Shown: positions 1 to 16,182, counted from the first letter of the stretch. The stretch is 64,000 bases of DNA from Eledone cirrhosa (GCA_964016885.1 OZ024743.1:104966001-105030000), one strand, 5' to 3'. Translations and numbers: made by a program. Notes: generated from the letters alone by a model not told the origin.

Positions 1-32
1 TAAAAATTAAAAATTAACTTACTAAAATTTTC

Positions 33-114
33 ACTCCAACTAATTAGTTTCTGTAAGGGAATAAATATAGTTACATAATGTAACTACAGAGAATTCCTTA
101 CTTCATCAGGGAGT
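33..114 (-). ncRNA. Minimal type I hammerhead ribozyme (further copy at 572-651 minus with truncated stem I)
   Basis: Reverse complement of the 1206-1287 motif. Confidence 0.7.
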
Positions 115-1205
115 CTATTCTCAGCTAAGTTCCCAGGCAATGCGCGGACACTAGGAACCCATATAAAAATAATAATTCAGTGGATGGAATAAAGCTAGCG
201 GGGACTAAATTCCAGAGCACTGAAAAAAATTCACTGCCTACTGGGTCAGTGGCAAATTCTAAAGAATCAATCACGTGACACTGAGGTCAATCAGTGAGGA
301 GTGGGTTGGTATTATGACAAGTGCCTACTACTACTACCATGAACCATGGCAGTAAATTTTGGCAAGTTTTACTCAACAAATAATTTGGAGATAAATATAG
401 AGAATTAGTATATCTACCAAAATATGTATACAGATGTATACCCATGCTAGCAAATATATATGTTATGTCTTAGTACCTTTGTGGTTCTATGCAGGGGGAT
501 GCAGAACAATTATATGAAAGACGTAAAATAAGAACATTTTAAAAATTAAAAATTAACTTACTAAAATTTTCACTCCAACTAATTAGTTTCTGTAAGGGAG
601 TAAATATAGTTACGTAATGTAACTACAGAGAATTCCTTACTTCATCAGGGATGAATCAATCACGTGACACTGATTGACCTCAGTGTCACGTGATTGATTC
701 TTTAGAATTTGCCACTTACCCAGTAGGCAGTGAATTTTTTTCAATGCTCTGGAATTTAGTCCCGCTAGCTTTATTCCATCCACAAATTTTCTTATTTTAC
801 GTCTTTCATATAATTGTTCTGCATCCCCCTGCATAGAACCACAAAGGTACTAAAACATAACATATATATTTGCTAGCATGGGTATACATCTGTATACATA
901 TGTTGGTAGATATACTAATTCTCTATATTTATCTCCAAATTATTTGTTGAGTATAACTTGCCAAAATTTACTGCCATGGTTCATGGTAGTAGTAGGCACT
1001 TGTCATAATACCAACCCACTCCTCACTGATTGACCTCAGTGTCACGTGATTGATTCTTTAGAATTTACCACTGACCCAGTAGGCAGTGAATTTTTTTCAG
1101 TGCTCTGGAATTTAGTCCTCGCTAGCTTTATTCCATCCACTGAATTATTATTTTTATATGGGTTCCTAGTGTCCGCGCATTGCCTGGAAACTTAGCTGAG
1201 AATAG

Positions 1206-1287
1206 ACTCCCTGATGAAGTAAGGAATTCTCTATAGTTACATTACGTAACTATATTTACTCCCTTACAGAAACTAATTAGTTGGAGT
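1206..1287 (+). ncRNA. Minimal type I hammerhead ribozyme
   Basis: ACTCC-CTGATGA-a-GTAAGG...CCTTAC-a-GAAA-CTAATTAG(palindrome)-TT-GGAGT; stem II contains the hairpin TATAGTTAC/GTAACTATA. Confidence 0.72.
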
Positions 1288-1402
1288 GGAAATTTGAGTA
1301 AGTAAGTTAATTTTTAATTTTTAAAATTTCCTTATTTTACGTCTTTCATATATATATATACATACGTGCGCGTACCTTTACCTTCACATGCACACACATA
1401 TA

Positions 1403-1933
1403 TCTGTATATATATAAAATTAAGTATGCGTGTGTGTGTGTCTGTGTATTACCTATAGGGGCCTACATCTTACGACCGATTTTCATGAATCTTTACAGGC
1501 TCATAGATTAGTCATCGGGAAGTGTTTTCTGTATATCAGCGTATCGTTTTGTTTTATTCCGGGGTCATTAAATATTCAAGAATAAGTCAACCAAATACAC
1601 AAAATCTTAGTTAAAACAAATTAAAGGGAAGTAAATCTTGATACCTAAGAAGCAGGACAGAAGGAATTATTTCCCGTTGATAGTTACTCTAATCGGTTAA
1701 AACAATTGCCACACAATGACAAATGACTTCTTGGTCGCTCTACCAGCTAAAAATACATTGAACAAAATATTTAAGTAAAATCATCTTGAGAAACATCAAC
1801 ACCATTCTATCATGAGACGCTACTAATGAAAAAGAACGAATGTAGGAGAAATCGTCAATCCATATAAACTTTCACCGTTAACTCAGCAGACGACATTACT
1901 TAATATCTACACTCCTACATCGATCTGTATGTT

Positions 1934-2017
<84 letters not shown>

Positions 2018-3235
2018 TATATATATATAATCTTTCTCTCTATTTTATATATATCTGTATATATATAAAATTATATACGATTTCACTCAACATTTCGCCA
2101 TTTGCTACACCTTACGACCGATTTTCAAGAAACTCGCCAGCTCATGAATTTCCAACCAGGTTTTATTCCTACTTTGACTCCGTTCATCTCAGTTCATACT
2201 ATTGACCTCTACTACAACCGGGTGTCAACGATAATTCTTCAACTTTTTAAGTCTGCCTATAAATGGTTACTTTGTATAATCCGGCTATACTGTTCTCTGC
2301 ATTAATCTCTTTCATGGGTGCTATTCCAGATGTGCTTAAAATACTCTTTAGATAATGTCTCCGAAGAAGAGTAACAAAATTGGTCGGAAAACGGTGCGAG
2401 GCAGAAGTATGACAAATAGACGAGCAAGTGAGCCACTACATTTTGTAAGACGAACTAGAAACGCAATGTCCACGGCCGCTGCACGCGCTGCTGAAAAGGA
2501 GGATCGGCGCGTCCGCAGACAGACAAGAGACGCTGTGTCGAAGGCCAGTGCACGAGCTTCTGAAAATGAGGGTTAGCGCGTTCGCAAACAAAGAAGAAAC
2601 GCAATGTCGACGGCCAGTGCACGAGCATCTGAAAATGAGGTTCAGCGCGTTCGCAGACAAAGAAGAAACGCAATGTCGACGGCCACTGCACGGGCTACGG
2701 AGACATCACCCGAAAGGCGTGATCGGTTGCAGAGTAATCTTCAAAGAAACCTTTCCAGAAATGGTATTTCAAGGCCTTCCAGTTCGCGATGGCTACTTAA
2801 GGCGTTTGAATATAGCCCAACCTTCAATTATGCTACCCATGCTGATGTGATCATTGGCGATATGTCCACCATTTGCACCTACTGCAATTCCATGAATTGG
2901 CCAGGTGAACCATCTGGGATGTACTGCGCGAATGGAAAGATCAGTTTACTTTTCCTCCTTGATCCACATGAGCCATTGAAGACGTATCTGGCAGGTGAAA
3001 CGGCGGAGTCTAAGCACTTCCTTGAAAATATCTGGAAATACAACTGCGCCTTTCAGATGACATCGTTTGGAGCAAACATTGTTAAGGAAGACGGTTTCTT
3101 GCCTACATTTAAAGTTCAGGGGCAACTGTGTGTGGCCATAGATGAGTCATCGAGAAGCAGTCGATAAGATCAACACCTTTTCATCAAAGCAGATATTATT
3201 TTACCTACCCAGGCAACGCTGGGTACTGCTGCTAG
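1403..3235 (+). mobile_element. Internally deleted Helitron
   Basis: 5' TC after A (TCTGTATATATATAAAATT) at 1403, with a second 5' end at 2054. 3' hairpin TACCCAG-gcaacg-CTGGGTA (3206-3225) then CTAG (3232-3235) followed by T. Rep/Hel N-terminal ORF inside. Confidence 0.8.
2355..3167 (+). pseudogene. Helitron Rep/helicase N-terminal fragment with 23-aa (STPR-like) repeats and Zn-finger region
   Basis: ORFs 2355-2576 and 2604-3167 are in the same frame, separated by one TAG. Motifs CTYC..MYCANGKI and KYNCAFQMTSFGA..GFLPTFKVQGQ are typical of Helitron Rep N-termini. Four 69-bp repeats at ~2459-2734. Confidence 0.8.
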
Positions 3236-4187
3236 TCCACCTATAAATATATACCCACGCACATATATGCACTCACACCCAGACTGACGTACGCGCGAAC
3301 ACGTACGCTCATATATGAGAATAAACTGTATAAAAAATAGAGAAATATAAGAAAAATATATAAAATATAAAAACATATGAAAACTATATAAGAAATATAA
3401 ACTGTATAAAAATATCTGGAGGGTGTATACAGTAAGCACCCGGTGCTGTACATCGAAATGTTACGTGACGAAATAGGTGCAAGGTACTAAAAAATAACAT
3501 ATGGGGTTACGACTGTTAATGCATGCAGCATCTCACATGACGGTATATAAGTACGTTCAGACACACTTTGATGTACCTGTTGACAGAGTTGGCATTATGG
3601 TGCTAACGTGGATTAATCGACATATAGAAACCTCAAGCACAATTACATATGGGGAGCTCATGGGAATAATGTAAAGGGTATACCCAGAACATATATGGAA
3701 AATGCATACAGAATATATAAATAAAATATATAAGAAATATATAAGAAAAGTATATAAAGATACACATTGGGTTGTACATGAAAAAATACATGAGGTGTTA
3801 CATAATGGAATACGTGGAGAAGATGTACAGACTACTTAAAAGATACATATGTAGGGAGTGCGGGAGAACAGCCTATAATGGAGTATGTTACTGTGGGTGA
3901 AATAGAGTGCCTTATTGATGTATGGTACGAGACTGATTATGTCTTTGGCAGTTGGGGCACCGTGTCCTGGCTCCTGCGACGTCGTTGTTTAAGATGAGGT
4001 GCAGAGTCTGATGGGCAACATAGATTGTGTCGTCTTACCCCACAGGACATACATAGTCATCAAGGTATGATGTCTGTTCCCTTGGACCCGCGCACGCCCC
4101 CCCCCCCATATATATATATATATGCGTGAACCTAATACCACACGTACTGCACTCTTTGTTATTGTTTTTGGTTTTTGATTTTTACTT

Positions 4188-4240
<53 letters not shown>

Positions 4241-4246
<6 letters not shown>

Positions 4247-4412
4247 TAACAGTTTAAGCAAAGAATCGGTGGGTGAAAGCACCGATTCTTTGCTTAAACT
4301 TTAATCTATTATTTTAATAAATATTTGCTCTACGGTTCTTATATATTTGATATATATTTATCCTTATCGAGCCCCCTTTGGATTTTAGTCTTCAAATTTA
4401 TTACTATTACTA
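4241..4412. repeat. Short dispersed pLTR-tail repeat with 5' fold-back; related copies at ~36145-36283 and ~48659-48800
   Basis: Shared ATATTTGATATATATTTATCCTTATCGAGCCC..TTTGGATTTTAG; perfect 21-bp hairpin at 4251-4300. Confidence 0.75.
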
Positions 4413-4495
4413 TTAATATATATATATATATATTTATATGTGTATAGTGTATATATATATATACACTATACACATATAAATATATATATATATAA

Positions 4496-4539
<44 letters not shown>

Positions 4540-4563
4540 CTATATATATATATACATAAATAA

Positions 4564-4619
<56 letters not shown>

Positions 4620-4622
<3 letters not shown>

Positions 4623-4716
4623 ACGAAGGTGTGGTAAGGAACCAGATGAACCATAACGCGCCAGAAATAGCCGTCGAAACGGCATGGGCTCTGTCGTCGG
4701 GGTTAAATATTTTCCT
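4620..4716. repeat. pLTR remnant of the PLE family at 30965-34425 (related remnants ~14865-14995, ~28250-28307, ~36365-36480)
   Basis: CCAGAAATAGCCGTCGAAACGGC..GTCGGGG joined to an inverted copy of the tail (GGTAAGGAACCAGATGAACCATAACGC). Confidence 0.7.
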
Positions 4717-4869
4717 ATATATATATATATATGTATATTGTGGGGGTGTATATACGGAGATACACATATACACACACATATATATGTGTACATTTATATG
4801 GATAAATAAAAAATATACCACTTAATCCATAATAACTTTTCACATCAGCATGAATATATTTTCATTAAT

Positions 4870-6430
4870 CAGTAAAAGGCGTATATATTATAATAATAAT
4901 GATAATAATGAAAATATTGTGTACAGTGCTCAGGTGCACTACAACTCATCGAAAAGTGTATGTATAGGTCATAGGGTAATGTACAAACGTCAGGAAAATG
5001 AACAGTCATGATATACACATGTGTGCATGTGTATGGAAGGGGTACATCAGGTGTAGTTTTGGCGAATTTTGGGAAGCACGAGGGTTTCAAAGGATGCAGT
5101 ATCTCGGCAGCTGTTTCCGAAAAAAATGTTTCCGAAAGTCATGGGAGTTGTGGTGTTTTCTGATTTTGTAGGCATGTCCACGTGTGTTAGACACATGGAG
5201 ATCAAAAAGGTGCTCAGGGTTGTTGTTGGTGAGATGGTTAATAACTGTGTGGGTGTTTACCAAGTCCATTGCCAGACGTCGGAGCTTCAATCAATCCATG
5301 CCCAGGGAAGCAAGGCGTTCAGAGTATGGTAGGTGTCGGATAGAGGGTATGCGCTTGGTTGTACGTCTCTGAACAGTTTCTATGAGCTCAATGTTCTGAG
5401 CAAGATAGGGGTTCCAGACTGATGATGCGAATTCCAAATGTGGTCGTACCATAGCTGTATACAGCTTTAAATAGATGGCTGGAGAGCGACTAACAAAGGT
5501 CTTGCTGAGTGATGCCAAGACACCATCGGCCTTCTTGACAATCTTAGAGACATGCTTTGTCCAACGCAAATCGCTGCTGACAGTAGTGCCAAGGTCACGT
5601 TCACAAGAGGACTTCTTGATATCAGTGTTGTGGAGGGAGTATGTGGACGCTGGATTTTTCCTCCAAAAATGCATGGTGGTACACTTGTCCACCCTTACAG
5701 CTTCAGTTGCCTGTCTGTGATCCATTGCTGTATTGTGTCCAGGTCTGATTGTAGGAAAGAGTTGTAGATTTCAGGATCAGTCCTTTTGATTTCAAGCTAC
5801 AGCTTGATATCATCTGCATATTTCAGTACCGTGGCATCTATGTCATTAATATATGCCACAAACAAAAGGGGACCAAGAACAGATCCCTGTGGTACACCAG
5901 ATGACATCTCATATGGTGAAGAATGCTGTCCTAGAACCGTGACTACCTCTTTTCGGCTGAGAATGAAGGATTTCAACCAGTTAAAAAGATCATCCCTCAT
6001 ACTCATTGCAGAGAGTTTCGCCATAAGTCTTTTGTGTGGCACAGAATTAAAAGCCTTAGCGAAGTCAAGGTAAACAACATCCACCCATCAGCCGCTGTCA
6101 GTGATCCGGGTAATGTCGTCAAGGAACTCGATAAGCTGATCACAGCAGCTGGAGTTAGGGATAAATCCAAACTGCGAGGGCCGGATGAGGCTGTGAGAGC
6201 TCCAGAAGTTCCAAAGTGTTTCTCTGACACAAGATTCCATCAGTTTGGCAATACAGCTAGTAAGACTGACTGGACGATAGTTGACAGGTGACGTGCAGTC
6301 GCCCTTTTTGAACAGGGAATGACACTGGCAGTTTTCCACTGCTCCGGAGTAGCACCATTGTTGAGACAGTATTGAAAGAAGAAAGAAAGCTGGTTCAAAA
6401 GGAAGTACCCACCACGTTTGAGAAGCAGGT
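4870..6430 (-). mobile_element. 5'-truncated, frameshifted CR1-group LINE (RT and C-terminal region)
   Basis: FKKGDCTSPVNYRPVSLTS, YLDFAKAFNSVPH, SGVPQGSVLGPLLF, KYADD, RPHLEFASSVWNPY and TRGHAYK occur across several frames. Confidence 0.9.
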
Positions 6431-6751
6431 ATGTAACACCATATATATGACACATATTATTTACCTGAACAAAAAAAAAAAAAAAAAAAATAAAAAGAAC
6501 AAAGAATGTTCTTAGAAGACATTTATGTGTTGTTTAACTTCCGAAGCATTGAGAAATTTGAAACAAAAATATAGCCACCTCAACGCAGATAATTATAATA
6601 TTACCTGAATAAATCGAGAAACTTACCTCTAGAAACGAAAGATATGTGGGTAGATACACCTGGTATATCACAAATACTTCTGTTCACTTTTCCAATCTCC
6701 CGGGGTACATTTCCCGGCGTATTCAACCATTATTTGTATTTATTAAGCAAG

Positions 6752-7120
6752 ATTTCATTTGAAGAGGAAAATAAGGGTGGAGAGGGAAGAGATGTCTTCC
6801 AACGTGTTTGTTGAAAGGTGGGTGAGTGTGGCGAGCATGGTCCGTGTGAATGGGCCTGCTTTGAGCATACGCCTGCAGATTGGAGTAGAAAAACTGGGAG
6901 AGGACACTTTGCTCTAGTGACAAGTGTGACTGTGGCTTTTGTGGGATTTCTACACGAGTGACCCCTTAGAGTCTCCTCAACATTGGGGAAGTTGTTATGT
7001 TTGTTTTAAATGTTTATTTTCTTAGTCACTTTTATAAATTTTATTTTACACAAAGAAAAACCCACACTGTATCGTCTTTAATGTTTCCTTAATGTGAACG
7101 CTGAGTGTCTAATAAAAAAA
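6752..7120 (+). mobile_element. Probable 3' end of an L1/Tx1-type LINE
   Basis: Manual translation FHLKRKIRVEREEMSSNVFVERWVSVASMVRVNG resembles Tx1 ORF2 C-termini; ends at AATAAAAAAA. Confidence 0.4.
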
Positions 7121-7395
7121 TCATTATTAAAGTTATCTGTAAAGTGGCGACTTTATCTTTAAACAATTGTCTATATTTCAAATATATTTCCTTTTTATCA
7201 TCATATATGTACATATATAAAATATAGGTAATAAGTTTGCCAGATATAGACCTACTTAAAAATATACATAATTATGTTTCAAATATTTCTTTTAATTTTA
7301 GATATTGGGTTTTACAACCTATAGATATTTTCATTTCTCGATATTTTAAAATACGTCTTGAGCGTTAGTGATTGTCATTTTCGATTATAAACCCA

Positions 7396-8829
<1,434 letters not shown>

Positions 8830-8830
<1 letters not shown>

Positions 8831-11230
8831 TTACTCTTTTACTCTTTTACCTGTTTCAGCCATCCGGCTGAGGCCATGCTGGGGCACCGCCCTTGTTGCT
8901 ACACATTTTATCTCCAGCCTGTATAGGTTGGCTACTGGTGTAGGAGGGAGTTTGTTGCTGCTGCCCTTAGGTTTCCCTCGTGTCTTGCTGTGGGCTCATC
9001 CGGGATCCTGGATAACAAGGTGTCGAGATGTTTCTTAAAGACATCCACCTCCACGTCATGCAAGTCTCGCAGATGCCTCGGCAGCCTGTTGAAGAGTTGA
9101 GGGCCCTTGAATCCCAGGCTATTGCAATACCTGCTCCTTATTCTAGATGTGGAAGACGGGACCTTTGGCACCACACAGTGACGTCCTGTTCGACGGTTGG
9201 TCCAGCTCCCAATGCCAAAGTTTGGTGCTAGTCCCTCCAGGATTTTCCACATGTAGATCACTGCGTATCTCTCCCGTCTTCGCTCCAAGGAGTAGAGGTT
9301 CAGTTCCTTCAGCCTCTCCCAGTAGCTTGTCTCCCTCATCTTGGAAATCCTCTTGGTGTAGCTTCGCTGGATTGCCTCAAGCTCCGTGGTTAGTTTGACA
9401 CTATGGGGTGACCACAGTTGGGAGCAGTAGTCCAGGCGGCTTAGGACAAAAGTCCTCCACAGTGTCAACATGGTGTCTCGATCTCTTGTAAGGAAAGTCC
9501 TCAAGATCCATCCAGCGAATCGTCTACATGCTGTCGCCACCTTCATGATGTGTGAAGAAAAAGATGCATCATCGCTCATGTCTATGCCCAGGTCTCGTAT
9601 CGATTTTGACACGGGGATATCGGTCCCTCCTGGTCCTGTGTAGCTGTGTTCCGCTATATTTGTGTTTGTGTTTGCAGGTTTGTATTGTAGGGCTTGGAAT
9701 TTGCCAGCATTAAACTGCATGTTGTTTTCTTCCGCCCATCTGTATATGGCATCCAGATCCTGCTGTAAGAGGGCAGCGTCAGCCGGGTTTTTGATTGCCT
9801 GTGCTACCTTAGTGTCATCAGCATAGCTAGTGAGGGATGTTGTTGCATGCACCACAGAGGGCATGTCCGAGAGAGCCACCAAAAACAGTAGTGGTCCCAG
9901 GACTGTCCCCTGAGGCACCCCACTTGTTATCGGTGTTTCCCTCGAGAGGGCCCCATTTGCTGCGACTGCCTGGCTTCTGTCCCTTAGGAAGCCATGCAGC
10001 CACTCACCTACTTTTCCAGTTATGCTGAGTCCGTGTAGTTTGTGACATATCATTCCGTGGTCGACCTTGTCAAAGGCCTTCGCAAAGTCAAGATATATCA
10101 CGTCTACATGTGAGCTGTCTAATAGTTGTCTCAGTACCCAGTCGTAGTGATGTAGCAGCTGTGTAAGGCAGCTTCTTCCTGGGCGGAAGCCATGTTGCGT
10201 GCTAGTCAGGCGGTCATTTTCTTCGAGGAAAGTGATTAGTTTCTTTCTGACGACTCGCTCCATGACCTTACTGATATGCGACGTCAGGGAGACTGGCCTA
10301 TAGTTCTTGGCCTCCGCTCTACTACCTCCTTTATGGATAGGGCATATTGTGCCTTCTTTCAGCTCCCTGGGTAGTACACCGCTAGCCAAGGAGCTTCTGA
10401 AGAGCATCTTCAGTGGAGTTGCTAAGGCCCGCTTACATATTTTTAGGAGAACTGCTGGGAATCCATCAGGTCCAGCAGCCAAGTCTGTTCTAATTTCATC
10501 AATGGCGTACACCACATCCTCCTCCGTTATGTCTATGTGGTTGATGGTTGCCATTTCTTGATGTAGTGTTGTGGCATCAAAGAACTCCTCTGGCTTCGTT
10601 ATTTGCATGTGCCTCAGTGGACATGTGAAGACACTTTTGTACTGTTCGTTCAGTATTTCACATATCTCTTGGGGATTTTCGGTTAATGAACCGTCCGTGT
10701 GGAAGAGTGGTCCAATCTTGCAGTGTACTGAGGCAGTTTTTTTGCAAATTTAAAGAAGGCCTTAGGGTTTGTTTTAATGTTTTCTATGGCCCTGTTCTCT
10801 TTCCTTGCCCTCTCATTCTCATGTGAAAGCTTGAGTGCAATCTCGGTGTCAAGTAGTGCACGTTTCAAATAGGATTCCTTCTTGTTTTGGTTTTGTTGAC
10901 TATTCAACTGGTTTGAGAGTTTAGTTCTACGTCTCATAAGGATTTTCCTATCTCTGGGAATAAGATTTTTGTGTCTGTTTGCCTCTTTCTCCGGGACACA
11001 CTTTTTGCATATGGTGTGTATCGTTGTCATGAAGTGTTGAAATTGTGTGTTAGTGTCTTGTGTGGCGATGTTTGCACTCCATGTTTGCTTCCGGATTTCA
11101 CTCTTAATCTTCTTCCAGTCAGCCCCGTAGAAGTTAAGGCTGGATAGCGTCCCGGAGCTTCTTGGTGGTTTTGTCTCTGTTGGTTCTCTTGGACCACATA
11201 TCATTAGCTCTACCAAGTTATGATCCGAGA
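8830..11230 (-). mobile_element. 5'-truncated CR1-group LINE inserted in a (TA)n tract
   Basis: RT ORF; 3' tail CCCCAGCATGGCC..GGCTGAAACAGGTAAAAGAGTAAAAGAG; (TA)n on both flanks. Confidence 0.92.
8932..11216 (-). pseudogene. CR1-group LINE ORF2 (reverse transcriptase), one frameshift near the T-run at 10737-10743
   Basis: GPDGFP, NYRPVSLTS, QHGFRPGRSC, YLDFAKAFDKV, GVPQGTVLGP, YADD, SLERRRER; the 10683-11216 ORF continues into 8932-10608 after a frame change. Confidence 0.92.
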
Positions 11231-11232
11231 GA

Positions 11233-12711
<1,479 letters not shown>

Positions 12712-12899
12712 GCGGGTGCGGGACTATGTGTGTGTCTATGTATATGAATACATGCATACGGAGATAGTTGGATAAGTATTATAAAGTATACCGCATATCT
12801 GTTTGTATGATTACAATAAAAGTAAAATTCAAATCTTATGTTGTTTTGTTGTCTCTTCTACTAGCAATAAACCCTAAATAATGAGTGAAATACATGTTA

Positions 12900-13398
12900 A
12901 AATAAATACAATTAAGACTTGACTTTCACTTGAACGATTTCGTCAGCATTGTTATATTAACGCTTTTAATGAAGCATGGTATTTTGTTACACAGTATGCT
13001 ACACGTCTCATGATAAGTAAAGGAATTCACAATGTTCGTGACAAGTATGAAAATACACTCTTGACAGATGCAATGTGTCCGAACACGGAAGAGCAGAACT
13101 CCCACTGTCATCGTCCCCATCTCTCTCGCCCTCCTCATCTCTCTGTATAGTGAGAAAATGGGGTCCCACGTACTGGCCGCCCCACAGCCCCGGCGGACAG
13201 AATGTAGAAGACGTTTCCCCGTAGGATAGTAAGGGAGATGCGCTGGAAGAGCTATTCCATGTCGCGAGGCTCACACCTGCGGCTGGCCAGCTCAGCGCCT
13301 CTGGTGGTGAGTAGGGAGGTAACCCTAGGGCCAAGGACACCAGAAGTCTTCACTGCCAAGGGCACGACCCCAAACCTGTCGGAGAGCGACCGGTACTT
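12900..13398 (-). mobile_element. 3' fragment of a CRE-clade (restriction-like endonuclease) non-LTR retrotransposon
   Basis: Manual translation KYRSLSDRFGVVPLAVKTSGVLGP...E*LFQRISLTILRGNVFYIL matches the CRE C-terminal pattern KY..P.A.ET.G..G / LFQRLS..I.RGN. Confidence 0.7.
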
Positions 13399-13453
13399 GA
13401 ATACTGTACACTATTAGTAAAAACATATACAATATAGTGTTTTATTGAAAATA

Positions 13454-13668
13454 CGAGGGTTGGCTGAAAAGTTCATAGCCTGACTATGAAGGATTGATGC
13501 TAGAGCTGTGACATCTTGCATGAATTAATTTTAACTCTTCTTATTAATAACTGCATTGTTTTTTTCCAGCGACTATGTTGAAAAATAAACCTCATTTCAG
13601 TCATTCCATGAGGGTATCTTGGTCCAGCTATGAACTTTTCAGACAATGAACTTTTCAGCCGGCCCTCG
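13454..13668. mobile_element. Mariner-type MITE
   Basis: TA|CGAGGGTTGGCTGAAAAGTTCAT ... ATGAACTTTTCAGCCGGCCCTCG|TA: 23-bp imperfect TIRs and TA target-site duplication. Confidence 0.88.
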
Positions 13669-14536
13669 TATATATCTTACTGATATCATAACTTATTCGG
13701 GCCTCAGTATGAAACCGTCGAAACATAAACATTTTATGGTTTCATACATGGTATATTATATACTTTAGTGTACCATATTTGTTATATATCTTATACAAAC
13801 CAGACAAAGCATTAAATATCAGTAAAACACAATTTCCTAGGTATTTGATAAAACTCTCTAAATACGATCGATGACGTATACGTATGCGTTTTGCATATTT
13901 CTTTTGGGTATTATTAATATCACACTTTCATTTTGTATTTCAATGGAGATTGTTAATGAATATTCTTAAAAGAACTACAAGAGGAATAGACGACTCTCAC
14001 ATGTATCCAGTGCATGAAATACTTTCGTACTATTATGATCTGGGAGAACCAGTTGGTGGAAAACCTTAAATTGTAGAAAAGCTAGTAGTAAAATAACACA
14101 CACGTGCGCGCGTGCACACACACGCACAAATACACACGCACACGTACATAGCTAGGGACAGAATAATTAGATCCTTAGTTATATTTAAAAGTACGTAATG
14201 ACTTTAAATTTATTGAATAGTTGAGGCTAAAATTTGTAAAGCTCTCATAACATAAAAACAGCGTTTCCTTTCATAATACCAGAAACGGATATGTTAAATG
14301 TTGAATGCCAGCTGTTCACTGCTAAGAAATACGTGGCTTTCTATAGTAAGAAAAAATATACTTTGATTCCTTTCTTAAGATCTGCTGTACGCATATATAC
14401 GTTCTTTAAATTTCCTCCAACATTTACACTCTCACACACGTACACACATACAAACATACACATACGTACATAATATAAACACACACATGTTCATGCACGC
14501 ACACACATACTAACACACATACACATAAACACAAAC

Positions 14537-14632
<96 letters not shown>

Positions 14633-16182
14633 TGAATATTTATACTAGGAAAAATAAGGGAACTTAAGGTAGCTACAATTACCATTTTCGAATTAGAAGA
14701 CTTACCTGTAAAAAGAATGACCTGTGAAATTTAAACACTTTCAAATATTCCTCCATTGACAAATAAAACATAAGAGATTATACTCATGCCTGAAATTAAT
14801 CGATTCTAACTAATATATACTTTATTTTTGTTTCTCTGTCATATACACATTGGAGATAGGAAAAGAGTGAGGACCCTGACGGCTGAACTCCGGCCGTTTC
14901 GACAGCTAAATCCGAACTATTACCCACTCTACTACCCAAAGTATCGAGTACTCTGGTGCGTTATGGTTCACCTGGTTTCTTACCACACTTTCTTTGTTTT
15001 TTAACATATACACATATATATGTATAATTAAGACGATCATTTGGCCTAACTAGAACGTAAACAAATCTAATCCCCAAACCCATGTTACCAATGAAGTCAA
15101 GCAAAAGTCAAGCCATAATTCTAAAACCAGCCCCACACCCCCTATACACATACGGCACCAGCCATAAAATAAATTCAAGTTCGTCCTTAAAACCACACCC
15201 CAGCTCTCTCAGAAAAACAACAATTAACCTGCTCCAATTACTAGAAACGCCGTATGTCAATACGGTGACCCTTACGACTACCTCAGCAGTTGTGGGACCA
15301 TGCATTCTGTTTAGTAATTTACTCTTACACCCAGTCAATGGAAAATAGGCATAAATGCACAATGGCCCAAAAATGATATTGTGTACTGAGAATTCATTAT
15401 TTCAAATTATTACTATAGTTTGAGGTGCTGTTTTTGAGATTTGAGAATTTATGGAATTCAGACAGGAATGTTGCCGTTCTGGCAAGTATAGTTGGCAGAG
15501 AGAAAAACAAAATTTTTTCATTTTTTAAGCTAGTCTAAATGTTTATTTGGTTACAGGTGATATATGGTGTGGTAGACAGAAAGGCCCTGTCTTTATTTTG
15601 GGCAGGCAAAAGAAATAACAGGTAGCAGGAATGAGAGAATTAAATAGATAGAGATTTTTTAAAGTAAACACTTTACGTAACAAAGAAAAAATTAATAGAT
15701 GATAAAGTTTACTTCTGTAAGTTCACGTTGCACCGTTTGCATTAGGTAATTTCTGTATTATTCTGCAGTGACTACTATGCCATTCCGTAATTGTCATCGC
15801 ACTCACACATAATCAGTACAACCACCAAAAACTAATTCCGACACATACCCTCAACAAACCTGACCCAGAATATAGACACACACTGTCAATTATCAGAACC
15901 CGAATTCATACAACCGAAACCTTGCAATCACCAATTGGTCTACTCCCACATCCTATCACTTAACAAACCGATAAAATCTTTAAAATCTTTAAAACATATA
16001 CACATATCATGCCAGATGAATCCAGGATAGGAAAAGCCAAAACCAATACTGCAATGACATTTTATCAGATGTTCACATAATTCTACCCATTAATACTTAT
16101 AAAAGCAATTTTATTGATTTTGAGGTTTGGTTACTAAATTATATTTACACACCCCATACACATAATGTATATAAATGCATAC

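Larger units (their letters stand above)
1..1349. mobile_element. Penelope-type pseudo-LTR / retrozyme-like array: ~539 bp unit in tandem (1-651) followed by rearranged inverted copies (~670-1349)
   Basis: The sequence at 1 recurs at 540. 784-1349 is reverse-complementary to the unit, and there is a fold-back junction at 653-700. Each unit carries a hammerhead motif; no ORF. Confidence 0.8.

Noticed and set aside
2459-2734. CRISPR-like regularly spaced repeats
   Set aside because: Contiguous 69-bp coding repeats with no unique spacers, in a eukaryotic context
3890-4085. Very decayed PLE endonuclease C-terminus on the minus strand
   Set aside because: Only a faint resemblance (RRHNLC..TLHLIL) that needs frameshifts; insufficient support
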